38,966 nucleotides of DNA, from the NCBI GenBank assembly GCA_004321885.1, contig SCQK01000005.1, forward strand, positions 1-38,966. Reading direction: 5' to 3'. The position numbers were made by a program, and so were the translations under genes. Position 1 is the stretch's first letter; every line of letters starts with the position of its first letter. Below the pieces are notes generated by a model. The model searched no databases, had not been told where the DNA came from, and saw only the letters and a list, made by a program, of their open reading frames with translations. Shown here piece by piece: positions 8,251 to 17,619 of this stretch. Source of the stretch: Patescibacteria group bacterium (GTDB taxonomy: Bacteria; Patescibacteriota; Patescibacteriia; Magasanikbacterales; GWA2-37-8).

Positions 8251-9285
8251 ATGGCTTATTTTTTTTCTGCCTTTCTACTATCTGTATTGCTTACATTTAT
8301 AGTAAGAAAGCTCGCGATACGTTTGAATGTGATGGATATTCCCGATGGCGGGAGAAAGGCACACTCCGGAAAGGTGCCGCTTCTTGGGGGAGCGGCGATT
8401 TTTTTTGCGTTTTGGGCCGTGATTTTTTATTTGTTTTTTTATCCGACAGCCGGAGTGGAACTTTTACAAGAAAAATTATTGGCGGCATTTTTCGCGAGTT
8501 TGGTAATCATGGTTATTGGTTTTATTGATGACGCGCGGCCGCTTCCAGCCAAAATCCGTTTTTTGATCACGGCTTTGGCCATCGGCGCGGCGGTTTTATT
8601 TACGCCGTGGCTCGGAAAAATCACCAATCCGCTGGGCGGGGTTTTGGAATTGGGTTTGGTGTTTGGCAATGTGCTTGCTTTTTTCTGGCTGCTCGGCATG
8701 ACTTATACCACTAAAATTTTGGACGGTTTGGATGGGTTGGCGACGGGTATAGCGGCTATCGGCGCTTTGATGATATATTTTTTATCCAGTTCGCAAAAGT
8801 ATCATCAACCCAACGTGGCGTTGTTGGCGCTGATTTTAGCCGGGGTCCTGTTCGGGTTTTTGCTTTTCAATTTTCATCCGGCCAAGATTTTTTTGGGCGA
8901 GAGCGGCAGTTTGCTGGTTGGTTTTTTACTCGCAGTGCTCGCCATCATCGCCGGCGGCAAAATCGCCACGGCTTTACTCGTGCTCGCTATTCCCATTTTG
9001 GATTTGGCGCGCGTCGTTTATTTGCGTTTGGCGCGGGGCCAGCCGATTTCGCAAGGCGACCGCGAACATTTGCATTTTCGTTTGCTTGACATGGGCATGA
9101 GCCAGCGCCGCGCCGTGCTTTTGCTTTACGGCGTCGCGCTTGCTTTTGGATTGTCCACTTTGTTTTTACAGTCATATCAAAAGTTAATCGCCTTGCTTTT
9201 TTTGGTTGTAGCCATGGGCGTGGCGGGCGTGTGGTTGCGCCGACGTTCCCCTCCCCTTTATAAGGGGAGGGATAGGGAGGGGTAA
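8251..9285 (+). CDS. polyprenyl-phosphate sugar-phosphate transferase, MraY/WecA (GT4/PNPT) family; C-terminal 13 codons are a family-1 repeat
   Basis: multi-TM; DIPDGGRKAHSGKVPLLGG, IGFIDDARPL, KILDGLDGLATG motifs of MraY/WecA family; tail RRRSPPLYKGRDREG is translated palindromic element. Confidence 0.8.
   Translation: MAYFFSAFLLSVLLTFIVRKLAIRLNVMDIPDGGRKAHSGKVPLLGGAAIFFAFWAVIFYLFFYPTAGVELLQEKLLAAFFASLVIMVIGFIDDARPLPAKIRFLITALAIGAAVLFTPWLGKITNPLGGVLELGLVFGNVLAFFWLLGMTYTTKILDGLDGLATGIAAIGALMIYFLSSSQKYHQPNVALLALILAGVLFGFLLFNFHPAKIFLGESGSLLVGFLLAVLAIIAGGKIATALLVLAIPILDLARVVYLRLARGQPISQGDREHLHFRLLDMGMSQRRAVLLLYGVALAFGLSTLFLQSYQKLIALLFLVVAMGVAGVWLRRRSPPLYKGRDREG
9246..9282. repeat. family-1 palindromic element (inside 3' end of CDS; provides SD for next gene)
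   Basis: ttcccctcccctttataaggggagggatagggagggg. Confidence 0.8.
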
Positions 9286-9288
9286 AGT

Positions 9289-9774
9289 ATGTTTTTCAAA
9301 AAACGCGAAAACAAACAAATAAAAAAATGGGAGTGGATAATGCTTTTGGTTATCCTCGGTTTTTCCATTTTCGGCAAAATATATTATTCGCGTTGGCCCA
9401 CCGCCGTGGTGAAAATCGGGGGGCGGGAAGTGAGCGTGCTGGTGGCGGACAACGAATTGCACCGATTCAAGGGTTGGAGCAAGCGCGACGATATGGGCAA
9501 ATACGGCGGCATGCTGTTTGTATTTCCCGAGCGCGGCCAGCACGCCATGGTGATGCGCGATATGCGTTTTCCTTTGGATATTATTTGGATAGACGGCACG
9601 AAGATTGTGGATATAGCGCCAAATCTTCAACCGGACCCGGCTAATACCGAAGCTGGACTGACCCCATATTTCGCCCGTTTACCTTCTACTTTGGTATTGG
9701 AATTATCCTCGGGTTTCACTCAGAAAAACGGGGTAAAAATAGGGGATACTATTTCTATTTCCTCCCCCTATTAG
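9289..9774 (+). CDS. DUF192 domain protein
   Basis: N-term TM then GWSKRDDMGKYGGMLFVFPE...MRDMRFPLDIIWIDG pattern characteristic of DUF192/COG1430; stop codon TAG is the loop of a family-1 element. Confidence 0.7.
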   Translation: MFFKKRENKQIKKWEWIMLLVILGFSIFGKIYYSRWPTAVVKIGGREVSVLVADNELHRFKGWSKRDDMGKYGGMLFVFPERGQHAMVMRDMRFPLDIIWIDGTKIVDIAPNLQPDPANTEAGLTPYFARLPSTLVLELSSGFTQKNGVKIGDTISISSPY

Positions 9775-9782
9775 GGGGAGGG
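9761..9782. repeat. family-1 palindromic element (cctccccctattagggggaggg)
   Basis: perfect inverted repeat; loop TATTAG supplies stop codon of DUF192 gene. Confidence 0.8.
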
Positions 9783-9793
9783 TTGGGAAACGG

Positions 9794-9842
9794 GCAGGAA
9801 TGACAGGGTAGCGATAGGGGAATGGAGCTTGCTTCATTCCCC
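9794..9842. repeat. composite hairpin region (partial family-2 GCAGGAATGACAG + ggggaatg..cattcccc hairpin)
   Basis: gcaggaatgacagggtagcgataggggaatggagcttgcttcattccccgcag. Confidence 0.5.
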
Positions 9843-9892
9843 GCAGTAAAAAAATCGTCTGTGTCAGCAGGCGGTTTTTTTATTTTTTTAGG

Positions 9893-9921
9893 TGGACAAA
9901 TGTCTGTTTTTATGATACAAT
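9893..9921 (+). promoter_or_regulatory. sigma70-like promoter (TGGACA-17-TACAAT)
   Basis: TGGACA 9893-9898, 17-nt spacer, TACAAT 9916-9921, ~20 nt upstream of ATG 9941. Confidence 0.45.
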
Positions 9922-9940
9922 ACAGCTATAAAAATACATT

Positions 9941-10180
9941 ATGTACAACTGGAGCGTGGACACAAAACAACTGAAAAAAGACAAAAAACAATACGCTATC
10001 TGGCGGCTGGAACAGCTGGTCAATTTTGGTTTGGGTAAAGAAAAATTAAGCAAAATCCAGCTCAAAAAATATTGGCCTCAACTTCATTTGGACCCTAAAA
10101 AGAAAAGGTTTTTGAGTTTTCTTTTATGGCCGAGCAAAAAGTACGATGAAACCGTCTGCAAAGTATGGTGTAGTTATTGA
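9941..10180 (+). CDS. hypothetical small basic protein (79 aa)
   Basis: ORF with upstream promoter-like element; no recognisable motif. Confidence 0.4.
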   Translation: MYNWSVDTKQLKKDKKQYAIWRLEQLVNFGLGKEKLSKIQLKKYWPQLHLDPKKKRFLSFLLWPSKKYDETVCKVWCSY

Positions 10181-10228
10181 CAAAAAAAGAAAAAAGGGCT
10201 ATTATTGGAACACTTAAAATAATGTGCT

Positions 10229-10260
10229 GGATTCCCCCGACTTAGTCGGGGGAATGACAG
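10229..10260. repeat. family-2-related hairpin (attcccccgac-ttag-gtcgggggaat + gacag)
   Basis: ggattcccccgacttagtcgggggaatgacag just upstream of rplU. Confidence 0.6.
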
Positions 10261-10272
10261 ACGGAAAATAGT

Positions 10273-10578
10273 ATGCTCGCAGTAATTGCCACCGGAGGAA
10301 AACAGTATCTGGTGAAAACCGGAGAAAAAATAAAAATAGAGAAATTGCCCTCGGCCGAAGGCGAAAAAGTTGTTTTTGACAAGGTTTTGCTCACCGCCGA
10401 TGACGATGGCGGAAACGTCAAAATCGGCCAGCCATATCTTAGCGGCGCGACCGTGGCCGGCCAGTTGGAAAAGCAGGGCAAGGAAAGAACCTTGCGCGTG
10501 GAAAAATACAAACGCAAAGTGCGTTACCATAAGGTACACGGTCAGAGACAGAGATATAGTTTGGTGAAAATAATGTAA
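10273..10578 (+). CDS. rplU: 50S ribosomal protein L21
   Basis: MLAVIATGGKQYLVKTGEKIKIEKL...KRKVRYHKVHGQRQRYSLVKI matches bL21 consensus. Confidence 0.92.
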   Translation: MLAVIATGGKQYLVKTGEKIKIEKLPSAEGEKVVFDKVLLTADDDGGNVKIGQPYLSGATVAGQLEKQGKERTLRVEKYKRKVRYHKVHGQRQRYSLVKIM

Positions 10579-10593
10579 CTACCCCCTCTTAGT

Positions 10594-10615
10594 CTCCCCC
10601 TTATAAAGGGGGAGA
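10594..10615. repeat. family-1 palindromic element (tctcccccttataaagggggaga)
   Basis: perfect inverted repeat between rplU stop and recR stop. Confidence 0.8.
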
Positions 10616-11248
10616 TTTTGTTGTTCGGTTTTTTATCGCGCTGGAGAGGGTGATGTCGTCGGCGTATTGCAAGTCGCCGCCCATGGGCAGGCCCTTGGCC
10701 AAACGCGAGACCTTGAGCCCGGGCGCCGCGGCTTTTATTTTTTTCTCCAAGTACATCATCGTGATTTCGCCGGCCAAATCCGGATTAAGGGCGAGGATTA
10801 TTTCTGTAAGCCCCTTACCCCCCCCTAACTCTCCCCTTATAAAGGGGAGGGAAACCCTGTTCAGCAATTCTTTTATTTTAATTTTTTTCAAACTGTCTTC
10901 GTCGTCGGCTTGCAAAACGCCGCGCAAAACGTGGTAAACTCCGACGAACGCGCCGGTGCTTTCTATGGCTTGCAGATCTTGCGGTTCGGCCACCACGCAG
11001 ATACGCGAACGGTCGCGTTTGGGGTCGCGGCAAATCGGGCAGGGATTAACGTCGCCGAAATCCCAGCATGTCTCGCAACTTTTGGTGTTGGCCAGCAATT
11101 CGTTCAGCGCGCCGCGCAGTTCGTTCACTTCGCCCTTGCCGGTTTTGAGCCAATGATAAATAAACCGTTCAGCGGTTCTTTGCCCGACTGACGGCAGTTT
11201 TTTCAGAGAGCTTAAAAGACGTTTAATTGAAGGTGATTGCATAGCCAA
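10601..11248 (-). CDS. recR: recombination protein RecR (with in-frame family-1 insert)
   Basis: KLPSVGQRTAERFIYH HhH, C4 zinc finger CETCWDFGDVNPCPIC, Toprim ICVVAEPQD, GVYHVLRGVL; internal LPFIRGELGGGKG segment encoded by palindromic element 10811-10852. Confidence 0.9.
   Translation of the reverse strand: MAMQSPSIKRLLSSLKKLPSVGQRTAERFIYHWLKTGKGEVNELRGALNELLANTKSCETCWDFGDVNPCPICRDPKRDRSRICVVAEPQDLQAIESTGAFVGVYHVLRGVLQADDEDSLKKIKIKELLNRVSLPFIRGELGGGKGLTEIILALNPDLAGEITMMYLEKKIKAAAPGLKVSRLAKGLPMGGDLQYADDITLSSAIKNRTTKSPPL
10811..10852. repeat. family-1 palindromic element inside recR CDS
   Basis: ccccttacccccccctaactctccccttataaaggggaggga. Confidence 0.75.
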
Positions 11249-11263
11249 ACCCCACCCTTTATT

Positions 11264-11303
11264 CCTCCCCTTGATTCCGCGCGCGAAGCGCGCCTAGGGG
11301 AGG
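11264..11303. repeat. family-1 palindromic element, variant with nested GC hairpin in loop
   Basis: cctccccttgattccgcgcgcgaagcgcgcctaggggagg between ybaB and recR. Confidence 0.7.
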
Positions 11304-11304
11304 G

Positions 11305-11607
11305 TTATTGTTTCATTCCCGGGAAATTAAATCCGCCCATTTCCTGCATCTTGCCGGCCATGATGCGCTGGATTTTTTTCAGCGCGTCAGCATGCGCGTC
11401 TTTGATGGCGTTTTGCAGTTTTTCTTTTTTTTCAACCGCCAGCAGTTGGTCTTCTATTACCAGGCCGGTGATGTGCATGTTGCCGTCCATGGTGAGTCCC
11501 ACCCCGCTATTTGAAACAGTAACCGATTCGCCGGCCAGCGCGCCCTGCAGTTTTTTGCCCTGGTCGCGCATGTCCTTGAATTGTTTGAGTTTGGAAAATA
11601 CTGACAT
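11305..11607 (-). CDS. ybaB: nucleoid-associated protein YbaB/EbfC
   Basis: MSVFSKLKQFKDMRDQGKKLQGALAGESVTVSNSGVGLTMDGNMHITGLVIEDQLL matches YbaB family; classic ybaB-recR pairing; ORF track start 11628, ATG 11607 preferred. Confidence 0.85.
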   Translation of the reverse strand: MSVFSKLKQFKDMRDQGKKLQGALAGESVTVSNSGVGLTMDGNMHITGLVIEDQLLAVEKKEKLQNAIKDAHADALKKIQRIMAGKMQEMGGFNFPGMKQ

Positions 11608-11633
11608 AGATGTTTTTATACCCCACACTTTAT

Positions 11634-11666
11634 CCCTCCCCTAAAAGGGGAGGGGCATGGGGAGGG
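11634..11666. repeat. family-1 palindromic element (ccctcccctaaaaggggaggggcatggggaggg)
   Basis: inverted repeat between dnaB stop and ybaB start; left flank ccccacacttta resembles flank of copy at 11252. Confidence 0.8.
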
Positions 11667-11671
11667 TTTAA

Positions 11672-13171
11672 TTAAAGCGGGGGCATTTCGGGTTCCAGCG
11701 GTTCTGGCTGGGGCAGTGGCGCCGCGGGCGGACGCGGGGCAAAGGCCGATTTTGGTTTTAGCGCCTGCCCTAAGTGGGCCCCTCCCGGGGGCGGCTGTTG
11801 TTTGGGGGCGTATTGCCTGTCCATATTTCTAAACGAGGCGCGCTGTTCGTCAAAAATCATTTTCACCATTCCGGTCGGGCCGTTTCGGTGCTTGGCGATA
11901 TGCACTTCGGCCACCCGTCTTTCGTCGGGCGGAATATCTTCCAGGCGGTAGCCGCGGTCTGCGGCCTTGCGATAAATAAACATCACCACGTCCGCATCTT
12001 GCTCGATCGAGCCAGACTCACGCAGATGCGATAGTTTGGGAATGGCCGGTTTGCTTTGCTCCACCACGCGCGACAGCTGGGACAAAGCAAGCACCGGCAC
12101 ATTCAGCTCGCGGGCAATGCCTTTGAGGCCGCGCGTGATTTCGGCCACTTCCTGCACGCGGTTTTCTATGTTGCCGCGCGATTCCATGAGCTGTAAGTAA
12201 TCAATCACGATAAGCCCCAAGCCGTGCTCCAATAAAAGCCGCCGAGACTTGGTGCGTATTTTCATTATATTATTATTTGACGCGTCGTCTATGAAAATCG
12301 GCGCTTCGGACAGCACGCCCATGGCATGGCCGATGCGTGGAAAATCATCGTCTTCCGGGCGCTCGCTCAGGCGGCCGGTGCGCATGCGCCACAAATCAAC
12401 GTTGGCCTCGGAGCAGAGCAAACGGTCCACCAACTGTTCCTTGCTCATTTCCAAAGAAAACAAGCCGACCGGCATTTTACGCCGCGCGCCCACATGGCGC
12501 ACGATGTCCAGGGCTAGCGAGGTTTTGCCCACGCTGGGCCGGGCCGCTAAAACAATCAAATCGGATTTTTGCAAACCGGCCAGCAAATTATCCAGTTCGC
12601 TAAAACCCGTGGGCAGGCCGCGCAGCTGTCCCTTGTTTTTGTGCAGTTCGTCTATGCGGTCAAAGGCCTCGGCCAGCACCCCGCGGATGGGCACAAAAGT
12701 CTGTTGCATGTATTTTTGCGACACGCCGAAAAGCGACCTCTGCGCCTGGTCCAGCAGATTTTCTATCTCCTCGTTTTCATCATAGCCCAGGCGGTTGATT
12801 TCGTCGGCCGTGGACAAAAGCCGCCGGCGCGTGGCTTTGCGGTGGATGATGTTGGCATAGTGCGCCACATGCGAGGCCGTGGGCACGGTGTTGGTGAGCG
12901 AAGCCAGATAGGTGTGGCCGCCTACTTCTTCCAGCAGGTTTTTTTCCGTCAGCCGGTTGCCGAGCGTGAGCAGGTCAATCGGGTCATTTTTGTAGTGCAA
13001 TTCACAGATGGTTTCAAAAATTCTGACATGAGCGGTTTTGTAAAAATCGCCGGGCGACACGATGTCGGCGATTTTGAGCATGGCGTCTTTGTCTATCAAA
13101 ACAGAACCAAGCAAAGACATTTCGGTGTCTATGCTTTGGGGAGGAATTTTGTTGATGGCGTCGGCGTCCAT
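11672..13171 (-). CDS. dnaB: replicative DNA helicase DnaB (with ~50-aa Pro-rich C-terminal extension)
   Basis: N-terminal domain (PPQSIDTEMSLLGSVLID), Walker A ARPSVGKTSLALDI, LIVIDYLQLM, SQLSRVVEQ, ESGSIEQDADVVMFIYR motifs; tail KQQPPPGGAHLG...PEPLEPEMPPL atypical. Confidence 0.93.
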   Translation of the reverse strand: MDADAINKIPPQSIDTEMSLLGSVLIDKDAMLKIADIVSPGDFYKTAHVRIFETICELHYKNDPIDLLTLGNRLTEKNLLEEVGGHTYLASLTNTVPTASHVAHYANIIHRKATRRRLLSTADEINRLGYDENEEIENLLDQAQRSLFGVSQKYMQQTFVPIRGVLAEAFDRIDELHKNKGQLRGLPTGFSELDNLLAGLQKSDLIVLAARPSVGKTSLALDIVRHVGARRKMPVGLFSLEMSKEQLVDRLLCSEANVDLWRMRTGRLSERPEDDDFPRIGHAMGVLSEAPIFIDDASNNNIMKIRTKSRRLLLEHGLGLIVIDYLQLMESRGNIENRVQEVAEITRGLKGIARELNVPVLALSQLSRVVEQSKPAIPKLSHLRESGSIEQDADVVMFIYRKAADRGYRLEDIPPDERRVAEVHIAKHRNGPTGMVKMIFDEQRASFRNMDRQYAPKQQPPPGGAHLGQALKPKSAFAPRPPAAPLPQPEPLEPEMPPL

Positions 13172-13270
13172 ACGGCACTCATCATTCTATCCCAATCATT
13201 CATTGTTTGGCAAGCAGAGGGTGGGGAGAAACTGTGGACTACTAACGCGCGGGCGTGATATACTGTTGGT

Positions 13271-15373
13271 ATGCTTAAAAAAATTCTGTTTTTGGTGGTA
13301 ATTTGCGGCTTGATTTACGCCAATCTGGCCTATTGGCGCGCTGGCTGGCTTGGGCTGTTTTTTTTGTTTATTTATTTGGTCGCGGTTCAGGCCCCGGCTT
13401 TTCACGTATTGCATAAATTTTTTAACTTTCCCAATGCTTGGCGCACCAGGGCGCTGGCTGGTTTTTTCGCGTTCGCGATTTTGGGTTCAATGCTTGGAGT
13501 AATTGTCGTGTTCGCGCGTTTTACCGCCGAGACTATCGCGCTCGCTTTTTTTGCCAATGGCCTGCTTTTGAGCGCGCTCGCCTGGTGGGCGGCGCGGGCG
13601 CGCAAAAATGAAGCCGAGAATTTCGGCGAAGACACGGTTTATCAAAATGCCCTGCCCGAATTTTTAGCCGTGGTTTATTTTTTGCTTTTGGCCGTTGGCG
13701 CGCTTGTTTTGTACTGGTCAAAAACCGGCCGCGAACTGGCCAGCCCGTGGCAAACCATTTCTCCCTACTATATATATATCTTCTTCGCGGCCACCTTTGT
13801 TTTAGGCCTGCTGATTTTTTCCAAACTGCGCGCCAAGACCGTGCTTTTTCTTTTAGTGGCGCATTCGCTTTTATTGCATGCCTATCTGCCGCTCACGCAC
13901 CAGCTGGTTTATGGCGCGGACCAGTGGCGGCATATTGCTTCGGAAACGCGGCTCATCGCCAGCGGGCAAGCGCCCGCTATTTCCGCCGGCCTTTTTTCAT
14001 ACAGTCAACTGTGGGGCATTGAGGCGTCTTTGTCGCGCCTGTTTGACGCGCCGCTCTTCACAATCAACGGCTATCTTTTGCCGCTTGCCTGGTCATTGAT
14101 TTTCCCCTTGCTTTTATTTGAGCTGGCCCAGGCCCTAAGCTACAACAAGCGCAAGTCGCTGTTTTTTGCCTGGCTCGGATTTTTGTTTTTTGCCTGGCAG
14201 GCGGCCGGCTCGTTTACCTTGCCGAACAATTTTGGTTTTTTGGTATGGCTGTTTTTATTTTTGCTGTTGATAAAAAGAATAAATTTTTCCAGACGCGAGC
14301 AGATTATTGTATTGGCTGTCGCCGCGTTCATGTCGTTTTTCGGGTACGCATTGTATTTGATTTTGTTTTTGGTTGCCTGGGCGCTGGTGGAAATTTTCGT
14401 TTGGCGACGATACTCCCACCTCGCCTCCCCCTTAGTAAGGGGAGGGAAACAGGAGAGGGTATGGGTGTTGGTTTTAACATTTATCACAGCAGTCTTCATT
14501 ATTCCCGCCGCGGAAATCGCGGGCGGCTTCGCGCGGTTTGGCGCGCCCGTGGATTGGCTCGCGCAAATCAAACAAATGGCCGGCAATTTCTCGGCGTATT
14601 TTTTGGCCAACGGCCCGCGACCGCACGATATTTTGGGCGGCAATATTTTGTTTAATCAAACGCCGGCCTACGCTTTTGTGGAAAATATTTTTACTGCTTG
14701 GCGCTGGCCCCTCGCGGTTTTCGCGATTTTGTTTTTTGTTTTCGCGATGAGCGGGGCGTTCATCATTTTCCGGCGCCGGACAGCCGCGCATAAATGGGCG
14801 CTCGCTTATTTAAGCGGCTTGTTTTTGTCTTATCTCGCTGTTTTTTATTTTTTTCTCGGGGAAAAAATTCTGACGCGCCGGCTGGACAACGTATTGGCCC
14901 TGCTTTTTATTTTAGCCGCGTTGGCCGCTCTGGCGGCTCTTTTTGACAGATACAAAAAACCGGCGGCTATTGTGGCGCTGGTGTTTATTTTGTCCGCGGC
15001 CATGGCGGCCTCGTATTCGCTCGGGCCCGACACGCGGGCCATGAGCGCGGATGAATACAACGCCATGCGTTATGTTTGGGAAAATGAAAAGAGCGAAAAA
15101 AAACACTGCGTGCTGGCCGACACCATGCCGCTGTTGGCTTTGGAGGCGCTGTCCGGCAAAGAAATAGTCGGCGGCGGATTTCCCATTAACAAATATTTCG
15201 CCCAGCCAGAGAGAGTGGAATTGCTCAAAGAGGCAAAGGAAAATTTGAATGCTATCTCAATAAACAAATCATTGGCGCTTACCGGCGCGGATAAGTGCTG
15301 GATAGTTGGGGAGTTTAATTTGCCTGACGCGAAAAATTTTGGGAAAGTGAATGTAGGGAGGTACGGTAAATAA
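13271..15373 (+). CDS. large polytopic membrane protein (700 aa, >=12 predicted TM helices), function unknown (possibly GT-C-like glycosyltransferase)
   Basis: long ORF with regularly spaced hydrophobic helices; contains in-frame family-1 element (HLASPLVRGGKQE) at 14424. Confidence 0.6.
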   Translation: MLKKILFLVVICGLIYANLAYWRAGWLGLFFLFIYLVAVQAPAFHVLHKFFNFPNAWRTRALAGFFAFAILGSMLGVIVVFARFTAETIALAFFANGLLLSALAWWAARARKNEAENFGEDTVYQNALPEFLAVVYFLLLAVGALVLYWSKTGRELASPWQTISPYYIYIFFAATFVLGLLIFSKLRAKTVLFLLVAHSLLLHAYLPLTHQLVYGADQWRHIASETRLIASGQAPAISAGLFSYSQLWGIEASLSRLFDAPLFTINGYLLPLAWSLIFPLLLFELAQALSYNKRKSLFFAWLGFLFFAWQAAGSFTLPNNFGFLVWLFLFLLLIKRINFSRREQIIVLAVAAFMSFFGYALYLILFLVAWALVEIFVWRRYSHLASPLVRGGKQERVWVLVLTFITAVFIIPAAEIAGGFARFGAPVDWLAQIKQMAGNFSAYFLANGPRPHDILGGNILFNQTPAYAFVENIFTAWRWPLAVFAILFFVFAMSGAFIIFRRRTAAHKWALAYLSGLFLSYLAVFYFFLGEKILTRRLDNVLALLFILAALAALAALFDRYKKPAAIVALVFILSAAMAASYSLGPDTRAMSADEYNAMRYVWENEKSEKKHCVLADTMPLLALEALSGKEIVGGGFPINKYFAQPERVELLKEAKENLNAISINKSLALTGADKCWIVGEFNLPDAKNFGKVNVGRYGK
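14424..14445. repeat. family-1 palindromic element inside membrane-protein CDS
   Basis: cctcccccttagtaaggggagg. Confidence 0.8.
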
Positions 15374-15390
15374 TATTTTCTAACTAACTT

Positions 15391-15792
15391 ATGGATTGCT
15401 TATTTTGTAAAATAGCAAACAAGGAAATTCCAAATTACACGATCTATGAAGACGAGAGCGTGCTGGCTTTTTTGGATATTCACCCCTGCGCCAAGGGACA
15501 CACGGTGGTGATACCAAAAAAACATTTTGCCGACGCGGGCGAAATGGACGACGTTAGTTGGGGCGCGCTGATGGGCGGATTAAAAAAAGCCGCGGCCATT
15601 ATTTACGCGAAAATTAAGCCGGATGGAATGAATATCGGCGCGAATGACCGGCCGGCGGCCGGGCAGGCGGTGGGGCACGCGCATTGGCATATTATTCCGC
15701 GCTGGGAGGGCGATGGCGGCGCCAGTATGCACGGGATTATTCGGAAGGGGAGCGCTGAGGCGGTGGAGGTGACTGCGAAATTATTTAAATAA
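15391..15792 (+). CDS. HIT-family (histidine triad) nucleotide hydrolase
   Basis: CLFCKIANKEIP N-terminus and histidine triad GHAHWHIIPR. Confidence 0.85.
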   Translation: MDCLFCKIANKEIPNYTIYEDESVLAFLDIHPCAKGHTVVIPKKHFADAGEMDDVSWGALMGGLKKAAAIIYAKIKPDGMNIGANDRPAAGQAVGHAHWHIIPRWEGDGGASMHGIIRKGSAEAVEVTAKLFK

Positions 15793-15816
15793 AACCAGAG
15801 CAAATGTCGTTCAATT

Positions 15817-16344
15817 ATGTCCACAATTTCTTCGGAAATAATTCATGAAAATCCGTGGTGGAAATACAAGCACGACAAGTACTCGCTCGCTAACGGCGTG
15901 AAAGGCGATTATTATTTCGGCGAGTCAAACGGTAACGTGATGGTGCTCCCCTTGTTGGATGACGGGCGGTTGACGTTGACCAGGCAATACCGTTATTTGC
16001 GCGATAAGCCGAGTGTGGAATTTCCGGGCGGCGGGGTTCGTGCGGACGAATCGCCGACCGAAGCGGCCAAACGCGAACTGCTGGAAGAAACCGGCTATGT
16101 CGCCGAAGAATTGAATTTAATCGCCGAATTTGAAGGGCTCAACGGACTTTTTAAGGACCACACCAGTTTGTTTCTCGCCACCGGCTTGACCCTGACACCC
16201 AACGTCAAACCCGACGATTCAGAAATAATGGAGGTTTTCTACCGCCGCCCCGACGAGTTTGATGAGATGCTCAAAAATAACGAGATTTGGTGCGGGCAAA
16301 CCCTGGCCGCTTGGGCCATTGCCCGCGACAGGATAATGCAATAA
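15817..16344 (+). CDS. NUDIX hydrolase (ADP-ribose pyrophosphatase-like)
   Basis: Nudix box [23 protein letters not shown]. Confidence 0.85.
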   Translation: MSTISSEIIHENPWWKYKHDKYSLANGVKGDYYFGESNGNVMVLPLLDDGRLTLTRQYRYLRDKPSVEFPGGGVRADESPTEAAKRELLEETGYVAEELNLIAEFEGLNGLFKDHTSLFLATGLTLTPNVKPDDSEIMEVFYRRPDEFDEMLKNNEIWCGQTLAAWAIARDRIMQ

Positions 16345-16348
16345 TTTT

Positions 16349-17554
16349 ATGACCGAAGGCAGAGGCAGACACGGCCTTTCTTGGTCGGATTTACAAAAAA
16401 AGCCGGAAGAAAAAAAGCCGGATGTGCGACGAGAAGCCGGGAAGCGCGGATTATTCAAGCTCTTGGAAAATTCCAATCTGGCTAAAGCCATTGTTTTTGC
16501 CTTGGGTATTTCGGCTGCTCCGGAAACGGTGGGTTTTGGGAAAAGAGCTGAAAGCGCGGTTGTTCAAAAACAGGAAAAAATATCCGCACCGAAAATTTCT
16601 AAACCGGAGACAGCGGTTGAACAAGAGATTAAACCGGACGAGAGGTCGGTGGAAGAAATATTTTTAAGCGAGCTTCCTTACAGAAAGAATAAGAGAGAGC
16701 GCGATTTTTTAATAAAGAAAACGAACGACCGGTTGCGCGACGAAAGCGGCAATTTCAATAAAACAAGATTTGGCGAGCAGGATAGTATGTTAAGAGCGGC
16801 GCATCGTCAGTATTTGGCAACAGCGGCCGACAGCCCGGAAATTAAGGCAAAAAAGGCCGCGGAAAGACAGCGGACGTTAGAGCTTGTGGAAAAAGCGTGC
16901 GTTAAATACGGGGTACCTCTGCAAGTGGCTTTGGGCGTGGCGGAAATTGAGAGTTATGGCTCGCATTATGGCAAGGGCGGCCAGGTGACAAGGTCGGAAA
17001 AAAACGCCTTTGGTATTTTTCAGGTAAAGGTGGGCGGCCTGCTTGACGCCATCTCGGCGGACAGCGGGGCCATACCCGACGGCTTCTGGAAGTGGAAAGA
17101 AGCGCAAAAGAAAAAAGGAAGGAAAAACAAAGCCGGTAAGAGAGAAAAAATTTGGGATATGCGAAAAGCGGCGCCTCTGATTGAGCGGTTAAAAAACGAC
17201 CGGAATTTTAACATTGACATCGGCGTGCGTTTGCTGGCGAAAAACAGGCGGGTTTACACCGGCGGCCGCAGCTGGGCTTTCGCGCTGGCGATGTATCATC
17301 AGGGGGTTGGCAACGTAGCTAAAGCGTTTGTGGAGAAATTCAAAAGACAAGGCCTGGCGCCGAAAAAATTAAAAAGAGAACTTTATCCGCTGTTTTTGAA
17401 GAAAGCGATTAAGCGCGGCACGGCCCTGGCGACTGATATCAAAGACGGTTATCCATATCGGGTGGGAGTGGGCCAGCAGCTTTTTTCTATTTTACAAAAG
17501 GGCGAAATAGATTCTATTGAAAAATCAAAATTAACTCCTCCGCATAAAAAATAG
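16349..17554 (+). CDS. lytic transglycosylase (SLT-domain) protein
   Basis: VALGVAEIESYGSHYG...NAFGIFQV and ALAMYHQGVGNV resemble SLT family-1 catalytic E-S and AYNxG motifs; N-terminal hydrophobic anchor. Confidence 0.6.
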   Translation: MTEGRGRHGLSWSDLQKKPEEKKPDVRREAGKRGLFKLLENSNLAKAIVFALGISAAPETVGFGKRAESAVVQKQEKISAPKISKPETAVEQEIKPDERSVEEIFLSELPYRKNKRERDFLIKKTNDRLRDESGNFNKTRFGEQDSMLRAAHRQYLATAADSPEIKAKKAAERQRTLELVEKACVKYGVPLQVALGVAEIESYGSHYGKGGQVTRSEKNAFGIFQVKVGGLLDAISADSGAIPDGFWKWKEAQKKKGRKNKAGKREKIWDMRKAAPLIERLKNDRNFNIDIGVRLLAKNRRVYTGGRSWAFALAMYHQGVGNVAKAFVEKFKRQGLAPKKLKRELYPLFLKKAIKRGTALATDIKDGYPYRVGVGQQLFSILQKGEIDSIEKSKLTPPHKK

Positions 17555-17619
17555 TGAAAAAATAAGATAGAACATATACGGTAGAAAGTTTTTCGGGAAT
17601 GTAGTATACTAAGGGCAAT

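Noticed and set aside
14140-14643. 167-aa ORF on minus strand inside the 700-aa membrane-protein gene
   Set aside because: It lies antisense to a long hydrophobic ORF and includes the translated palindromic element. It is likely spurious.
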